Notes under the pieces: model-generated
Told to the model about the DNA's origin: nothing
Databases searched by the model: none
Seen by the model: the letters and a program-made list of their open reading frames with translations, nothing else
In this document: piece after piece, positions 58,570 through 64,000 of the stretch
Layout: each line of letters starts with the position of its first letter
How positions within the stretch are numbered: the stretch's first letter is position 1
Source of the DNA: Deltaproteobacteria bacterium
GTDB taxonomy: Bacteria; Desulfobacterota; GWC2-55-46; DRQE01
Direction: 5' to 3'
Assembly (NCBI GenBank): GCA_015492245.1
Contig: WGFM01000012.1
Span: 126,206-190,205, forward strand
Length of the DNA: 64,000 nucleotides
Program-made: the position numbers and the translations under genes

Positions 58570-59333
58570 CGCCCTTTTCTGTGTATGTAGAAGCTCGAGT
58601 AAAGGTCGAACCTCTTTGTTATCTCATCATCTCCAAGCCCGTGGTTTCCAAGGGTCTCTCTGTGGGCATCCGTGTTTGCATCATCGAGCAGCCCCCTGCA
58701 TCCCCAGCATATGGAACCAAAGCTCACACACACGGCCCTGCACCCACCCCTTGTTACAGGGCCCATACAGGCAACACCCTTCTCGAACACACAGATGTTG
58801 CCCTCCATCTTGCACTCGTTGCACACCGGATACTCTGGAAGCCCTGGGGGTATGCCGAGGACGAGGGCCTTCACGAACCCGAGGAACTCCTCTTTGGATA
58901 CGGGGCATCCAGGGATGCGATAGTCCACCTCTATAACCTCTTCAACAGGCATGGCAGGTATGTTCTCCACCAGTAATCTATTGGGGGGATTCCTGCCGTA
59001 GACACACTCTGTAACATATTCTGGTGAGAAGCGGTTTTTAAGGGCGTTTATACCCCCTGTTGTGGAGCATGCCCCAAGGGTTATGATGGTCTCTGCACGC
59101 TGGCGTATCTCTTTTAATTTTTCTGCCTCCTCCTCTCTGGTTACACTGCCCTCGATGAAGGCCACCTGGTAGTCATCTCTTTTGAGGTCCGTGGCCTCGC
59201 GGAAGTTGACCACATCCACCCTTGTGGAGAGCTCTCTCAGTTCCTCCTCGCAGTTCAAGACCATGAGCTGGCAGCCCTCGCAGGAGGTGAGCGAGAAGAA
59301 GGCTATCCGTGGTCTTTTGATCCAGCGCATCAT
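58548..59333 (-). CDS. [NiFe] hydrogenase small subunit, no Tat signal, three FeS-cluster Cys sets
   Basis: 'SLTSCEGC', 'GACSTTGG' and 'PGCP' (proximal cluster), plus eight further Cys ('CNEC...C...C...C..C...C..C'). There is no twin-arginine leader. Confidence 0.88.
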   Translation of the reverse strand: MMRWIKRPRIAFFSLTSCEGCQLMVLNCEEELRELSTRVDVVNFREATDLKRDDYQVAFIEGSVTREEEAEKLKEIRQRAETIITLGACSTTGGINALKNRFSPEYVTECVYGRNPPNRLLVENIPAMPVEEVIEVDYRIPGCPVSKEEFLGFVKALVLGIPPGLPEYPVCNECKMEGNICVFEKGVACMGPVTRGGCRAVCVSFGSICWGCRGLLDDANTDAHRETLGNHGLGDDEITKRFDLYSSFYIHRKGRCTKTTT

Positions 59334-59371
59334 ACAGTGAAGATATTATCAGAAAAACCAGGGGCTGTAAA

Positions 59372-59400
59372 TTGCCAGAGGGTGGAAAAAGTATTATACT
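59372..59400 (+). promoter_or_regulatory. putative sigma-70 promoter of selB
   Basis: TTGCCA, a 17-nt spacer and TATACT, about 50 nt upstream of the selB ATG. Confidence 0.3.
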
Positions 59401-59451
59401 TGGGTTAACCTGAGTTAGTATTATTGCAGAACCCTTTTGCAAGGAGTGGCC

Positions 59452-61329
59452 ATGGGGCTTGTTATAGGAACTGCAGGACACATAGACCACGGAAAGACCA
59501 CCCTTGTGAGGACACTCACAGGGATAGATACGGATAGACTCAAGGAGGAGAAAAGACGTGCCCTTTCCATAGACCTTGGGTTTGCCCACATGGGGCTTGA
59601 TGGCGGAGGGGTGGTCTCCTTCGTGGATGTGCCAGGCCATGAAAGGTTCATACGAAACATGCTTGCAGGGGTGGGTGGTATAGACTGTGTGCTCTTCTGT
59701 GTGGCATCTGATGACGGTGTGATGCCACAGACGATAGAACACCTTGAGATAGTAAACACCCTTGGCATCGAGCAGGGCGTGTTCGTGCTTACAAAGGCAG
59801 ACCTTGTGGACAGAGACAGGATAGAAGAGGTGAAAAAGGATGTCCAGGGGCTCACAAGAGATACCACACTGGAAGGGGCGCCTGTGGTTGTGGTCTCTGC
59901 CCACAGGGGCACAGGGCTTGAGGATGTGGTGGCACACATAAAGAGGTTTTATACACAGGCCAGGAAGAGGAGAGCAGAGAGGTGGATCAGGCTGCCTGTG
60001 GACAGGGTCTTTCCTGTAAAGGGGTTCGGCTGTGTGGTTACAGGCACATTGATAGATGGCAGCATAAAGAAGGGGCAGAGCCTGACCCTCTTCCCCCATG
60101 GGCAGGTGGTCAGGGTAAGGGGGCTTCAGACACACCATCAGAAGCTCTCTGTGGCAGAGCCACACTCAAGGCTTGCGGTAAACCTTTCGGGCATATCCCA
60201 CAGGGAGACCAGAAGGGGGGATATGCTGATGGAGGCCGCCCTATATGAGAATACAAAAGGGGCTGCCATATTCGACTGTATTATAGATGTATCAAGGTTT
60301 GCTGGAAGACCAATCAAGAACAACACCTATCTCAAGCTCTACTGTTTTACCACAGAGGCCACAGTAAGGATACGCCTTGTAGACCGAGAGGAGCTTTCGC
60401 CCGGTACGAGTGGTGTTGCAAGGGTCTTCAGCAAGACCCCACTACCACTTCTCGGCACAGATAGATTCATCCTCAGGGATCCATCCATAGGAAGGACATC
60501 AGGTGGTGGAAGGGTTGTGGTTACCTATCCCTCGAGAAGACTCATCACCCACCTGAAGGATATGGATACAGATGGACTCAGGAGGGGAGACATTCAGAGG
60601 ATAGCAGGATTCCTGCTCGAAAAGAGGGTTGATGGTATAGGGGTGGACACCCTTGCCTTCATGCTGAATGTGGAAAGGGAAAGGGTTATCAAGGCATGCG
60701 GTGCCGGGGGTTTTCAACCTGTAGGGGAAAGGCTTGTAATGGCCCATGTGGTAAAGAGATTGACGGAACAGGTAGTATCCACCCTGGAGGAATACCACAG
60801 GAGGTATCCTGAAAGAAGGGGGATGCATCGCGATGAGCTTGGAGAGAGGGCAGGTGTTCCAGGCTGCCTCAAGGAGGCATTCTTCAACCTTCTTGTAGAA
60901 CAGGGGAGCATACAGATAGAGGGTGGCCTTGTAAGGCTTTCTGGCCACAGTGCGGTGCTGGTGGGAAGGGATAGGGAGATAGCCAGGTGGCTTCTGTCTA
61001 CCATAAAGGATGGTGTGCGTGCAATAAGAGAGGATACCATAACAGATAACCCTTACAGAAAGGACGAGGTGGAAAGGGTGCTCAGCTATCTAAGAGACAG
61101 TGGCAGGCTGGTGAGACTCAAGGAGGGGCTGTACATGGCAGCGGACACGATCGATATGGCAATGGAAAGGCTGAAATGTTATATAAAGGAGAATGGCGGC
61201 ATAAGGGCAGCCGAGTTCAGGGACCTCATGGGCTGTGGCAGGAGGCTTGCCATAGAGATGCTCGAGTATTTCGACAGGAAAGGTGTAACCATAAGGGAGG
61301 GTGATGTGCGAAGGCTCCTGAATCCTTGA
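59452..61329 (+). CDS. selB: selenocysteine-specific translation elongation factor
   Basis: 'IGTAGHIDHGKTTL', 'DVPGHE', 'TKADL' G-domain, and a long C-terminal winged-helix extension. It is ~625 aa. The start was moved to 'MGLVIG'. Confidence 0.9.
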   Translation: MGLVIGTAGHIDHGKTTLVRTLTGIDTDRLKEEKRRALSIDLGFAHMGLDGGGVVSFVDVPGHERFIRNMLAGVGGIDCVLFCVASDDGVMPQTIEHLEIVNTLGIEQGVFVLTKADLVDRDRIEEVKKDVQGLTRDTTLEGAPVVVVSAHRGTGLEDVVAHIKRFYTQARKRRAERWIRLPVDRVFPVKGFGCVVTGTLIDGSIKKGQSLTLFPHGQVVRVRGLQTHHQKLSVAEPHSRLAVNLSGISHRETRRGDMLMEAALYENTKGAAIFDCIIDVSRFAGRPIKNNTYLKLYCFTTEATVRIRLVDREELSPGTSGVARVFSKTPLPLLGTDRFILRDPSIGRTSGGGRVVVTYPSRRLITHLKDMDTDGLRRGDIQRIAGFLLEKRVDGIGVDTLAFMLNVERERVIKACGAGGFQPVGERLVMAHVVKRLTEQVVSTLEEYHRRYPERRGMHRDELGERAGVPGCLKEAFFNLLVEQGSIQIEGGLVRLSGHSAVLVGRDREIARWLLSTIKDGVRAIREDTITDNPYRKDEVERVLSYLRDSGRLVRLKEGLYMAADTIDMAMERLKCYIKENGGIRAAEFRDLMGCGRRLAIEMLEYFDRKGVTIREGDVRRLLNP

Positions 61330-61347
61330 TAAGGAAAGGGCGAAGGG

Positions 61348-62016
61348 ATGTTGAAAAGGTTTTTGATAACGCTCTCTCTTCTAACCAATCTGGTGTTTAT
61401 CATAGTTGCCTTCACACCTGTTGTCAACAGGCTGGCAGAAGCGTTCTATGTAAAGCCCCATCTGATGAACGCTGACCTCATAGTGGTGCTTGGTGGAGGA
61501 GGATATGAGAATGGTGTGCTCTCGAGGGCATCCATGGAAAGGCTTATTCACGGGCTTGTACTGTATAAGAGCGGCTATGCCAGCAGGATAGCCTTCGTTG
61601 GAGGAACCATAAGAGGCAGACCCGAGAAGATAGTCCGCACACTAACTGGTTCAGAGGGCCCTGAGGCGATAGATGTGGTGGAGTCAGAGATAATGGCAAG
61701 TATAGCCGATGCCCTCGGTGTTTCAGCCGGTGTGTTTTATGTTGAAAAGGAGTCCACCAACACCTACACCAACCTTGAGGCCGTGAAGGACTACATGGAG
61801 GACAACAAGCTCTCAAACTGCCTTGTAGTAACATCTCCCACCCACATCCGGAGGGCCATACTGGTGAGCAACAGGCTGGGGCTCGAGTGCTATCCTGCAC
61901 CTGTGGACAACTACATACCCTACAGGAACTCACCGGAGGATAGAATATCGCTCATGTCCGAGGTTCTATGGGAGTTTGTTGCACTCAAGGTATACCAGAT
62001 ATATGACTATATATGA
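61348..62016 (+). CDS. YdcF/DUF218 family protein
   Basis: N-terminal TM helix, 'ADLIVVLGGG', 'R...G..LY..G.A..I.F.GG' and 'VTS..H..RA'. Confidence 0.7.
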   Translation: MLKRFLITLSLLTNLVFIIVAFTPVVNRLAEAFYVKPHLMNADLIVVLGGGGYENGVLSRASMERLIHGLVLYKSGYASRIAFVGGTIRGRPEKIVRTLTGSEGPEAIDVVESEIMASIADALGVSAGVFYVEKESTNTYTNLEAVKDYMEDNKLSNCLVVTSPTHIRRAILVSNRLGLECYPAPVDNYIPYRNSPEDRISLMSEVLWEFVALKVYQIYDYI

Positions 62017-62042
62017 GTTCAAGGAGGCGTAGACTCAAAGAG

Positions 62043-63086
62043 ATGGGTAAGAAGATAAAACTTACATCCTGGGCGAGCTGTGCTGGTTGAGCATCGAAGA
62101 TGGAGATAGGCTCCCTGATGCAGGTTCTGCATCAGCTACCAGAATCGGATGACCCCAACCTCATCCTTGGCCCACACACCTCGGACGATGCAGGTGTATA
62201 CCGTATAGACGAAGGGCGGGCCATGGTGGTTACGGTGGATTTTTTTCCACCCATCGTGGATGATCCATATCTATTTGGCCAGATAGCCACAGCCAATGCC
62301 TTGAGCGATGTATACGCCATGGGTGCTGTCCCGCTTGTTGCGACCACCATAGTGTGTTTTCCACAGGAGTTGCCTGTGGTGGTGCTCTCGGAGATACTTC
62401 GTGGCTCTTGCCAGAAGCTCAAGGAGGCAGGTGCAGTGATAGGAGGGGGACACACCATAAACGACAAGGAGATAAAGTATGGCCTTTCTGTAACAGGCAT
62501 TGTTGACCCCCGAAGGATGATAACAAGCAGTGGTGCAAAGCCAGGCGATACTCTCATCCTTACAAAGCCTATAGGGGCAGGTGTTGTAACCACCGCACTG
62601 AGGGCTGGAAGAATCTCCACAGAGGATGCCGCAGATACCCTGGACAGCATGAAGACACTCAACGATGTGGCCTCGCGCATAATGGTCGAGGCAGGGGTTA
62701 ACGCATGCACCGATGTTACAGGCTTTGGCCTTCTGGGACACCTCTACGAGATGGCCGTGGCATCAGGGGTTGCTGCCATAATCGAGGCAGACAATGTGGC
62801 CTTCTTCAACCATGCCGCCACACTTGTAAGAAAGAGGCGCAACAGGCCTGCTTCCATACAGACCAACAGAAAGTTCCTCACCCCCCATGTGAGGTTCTCT
62901 GAAGCCGTGGATGAGCCCACAGAGCTCCTTCTCCATGACCCGCAGACATCCGGAGGGCTACTGCTCTCTGTGGGTGAGGATAGAAAAGAGCGCCTCCTCG
63001 AAGGACTCCACACTGAAGGCATAGAGGCAAGACCTGTAGGCATCGTGGTTGAAAAGAGGGAAGGGTGGACTATAGAGGTGAGGTGA
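62043..63086 (+). CDS. selD: selenide, water dikinase (selenophosphate synthetase), selenocysteine-containing
   Basis: The track ORF (62100) is N-terminally incomplete. The frame extends to ATG 62043 through TGA at 62088-90, giving 'SCAG-U-ASK', which aligns to the 'GAGCGCK' catalytic loop. The PurM-like body has 'DDAGVY' and 'DFF.P.VDDP..FG.IA..NALSD..AMG'. Confidence 0.85.
62115..62135 (+). promoter_or_regulatory. SECIS-like hairpin downstream of the selD UGA
   Basis: CUGAUGCAG-GUU-CUGCAUCAG forms a perfect 9-bp stem starting 24 nt after the UGA. The apical 'GCAGGUUCUGC' resembles the E. coli fdhF SECIS apex 'GCAGGUCUGC' as I recall it. Confidence 0.7.
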
Positions 63087-63088
63087 GC

Positions 63089-63970
63089 CTAAAGCATAAA
63101 GAGCAGCATAAGTGGTATCGTTATTACACTCACGATAGTTGTGAGCGCCACCGTGGATGCCACAAGGTCTTTCTCAAGCCCGTACTTGTAGCTCATAACA
63201 AAGTTCATGACAGCCGATGGCATGCTCGAAGAAAGGAGTATCACATTTCTGGTTACACCCTGTATGTCGAAGAGTGTTACGAAAACGAGTGCGACAATGA
63301 ACCCACCCGCAATCCTTATGACAGAGGCTACAACAGAGAGAGTCATCTCTGAAAATCTCGTTGAGTAGAGCTGGTAGCCCAGGCAGACCTGCATGAGTGG
63401 TATCGTTGCAGCCCCGAGCATCTCGAAGCTGGTAAACAGTGGCTCGGGCAGCCTCACCCCACCAAGATTGAGTCCCACACCTATTATCGTAGAATATAGA
63501 AGCGGAAGCCTGAACATCTCCGACAGTCCACCTTCTCCCTTTGCTATGTATATACCAACGGAGTAGACCAGTATGCTTATCACTATATAGTATATTATGG
63601 CTATGGTAAGCCCCTCTCTGCCAAAGGCAAGCAGCGTGAGCGGTAGCGGGATATTGGCAGAGTTCATGAACATGGTGGTAAGGTAGAACCCCCGAAGGTG
63701 CTCCCTGCCGGTAAGCCTTATGTAGACATAGCTTGTGAGCGCACCACCTGCCACCACAGCGCAGGCACACAGGGTGGTAAACAGTGCATCGTTCAGTGCT
63801 ATCTCTTTTCGAGAGAGGGATGATATGACGAGGGCTGGCACCGTGAGGTAGATGAGGGCCTCTATTATGGGCTCGAGGCTTATCCTCCTGAAGTGGGCGA
63901 AGATGTAGCCCACCCCTATTATGGCGAACACAGGGAATACTACATCGAAGACCTTTATGAAAAGGTTCAT
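63089..63970 (-). CDS. AEC (auxin efflux carrier) family transporter
   Basis: About 10 TM helices and an N-terminus 'VFPVFAIIGVGY' typical of the AEC/membrane transport protein family. Confidence 0.75.
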   Translation of the reverse strand: MNLFIKVFDVVFPVFAIIGVGYIFAHFRRISLEPIIEALIYLTVPALVISSLSRKEIALNDALFTTLCACAVVAGGALTSYVYIRLTGREHLRGFYLTTMFMNSANIPLPLTLLAFGREGLTIAIIYYIVISILVYSVGIYIAKGEGGLSEMFRLPLLYSTIIGVGLNLGGVRLPEPLFTSFEMLGAATIPLMQVCLGYQLYSTRFSEMTLSVVASVIRIAGGFIVALVFVTLFDIQGVTRNVILLSSSMPSAVMNFVMSYKYGLEKDLVASTVALTTIVSVITIPLMLLFML

Positions 63971-64000
63971 GCTTTTATCCTGTGGAAGGATGCAGGGTAG

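Overview
The window is a gene-dense chromosomal segment of a bacterium. Codon usage looks thermophile-like (Arg AGG/AGA, Ile ATA, Lys AAG). All calls come from reading the supplied translations for family motifs. No search or alignment was run, and residue numbers are hand-counted.

The housekeeping backbone includes tpiA (partial), murI, PolX, eno, pabBC, apt, nrdR-ribD-ribE-ribBA-ribH-nusB, and a surE-pcm-...-nlpD-sigma factor cluster.

The accessory and energy-related content is:
1. A [NiFe]-hydrogenase maturation block (endopeptidase, hypF, hypC, hypD, hypE) at 9.1-14.2 kb.
2. A roughly 7.5 kb single-strand cluster at 20.7-28.2 kb. It holds two divergent heme-copper oxidase modules (CuA subunit II plus subunit I), each followed by a small one-helix protein. 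These are followed by SCO1, a cytochrome b / 2x[4Fe-4S] / MvhD-like fusion protein, and an unknown protein. Both subunit I paralogs lack the active-site cross-link tyrosine.
3. Two metal P1B-ATPase loci: a copA operon and a Zn/Cd/Co-type pump.
4. A tRNA-Met(CAT) followed by a visibly AT-rich islet that carries a decayed type II restriction-modification pair. The methyltransferase has an in-frame TAA and the nuclease is frameshifted in an A7 run.
5. A GT4 plus glucosyl-3-phosphoglycerate-synthase-like gene pair.
6. A TetR-TolC-MFP-RND efflux operon.
7. A cytoplasmic two-subunit [NiFe] hydrogenase translationally packed against a receiver protein, a membrane histidine kinase and a GAF-GGDEF cyclase. 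This is a candidate H2-sensing / c-di-GMP module.
8. selB, a DUF218 gene, and a selD that is itself a selenoprotein. Its in-frame TGA plus SECIS-like hairpin were missed by the ORF track.

No CRISPR array, rRNA, transposase or integrase was seen.
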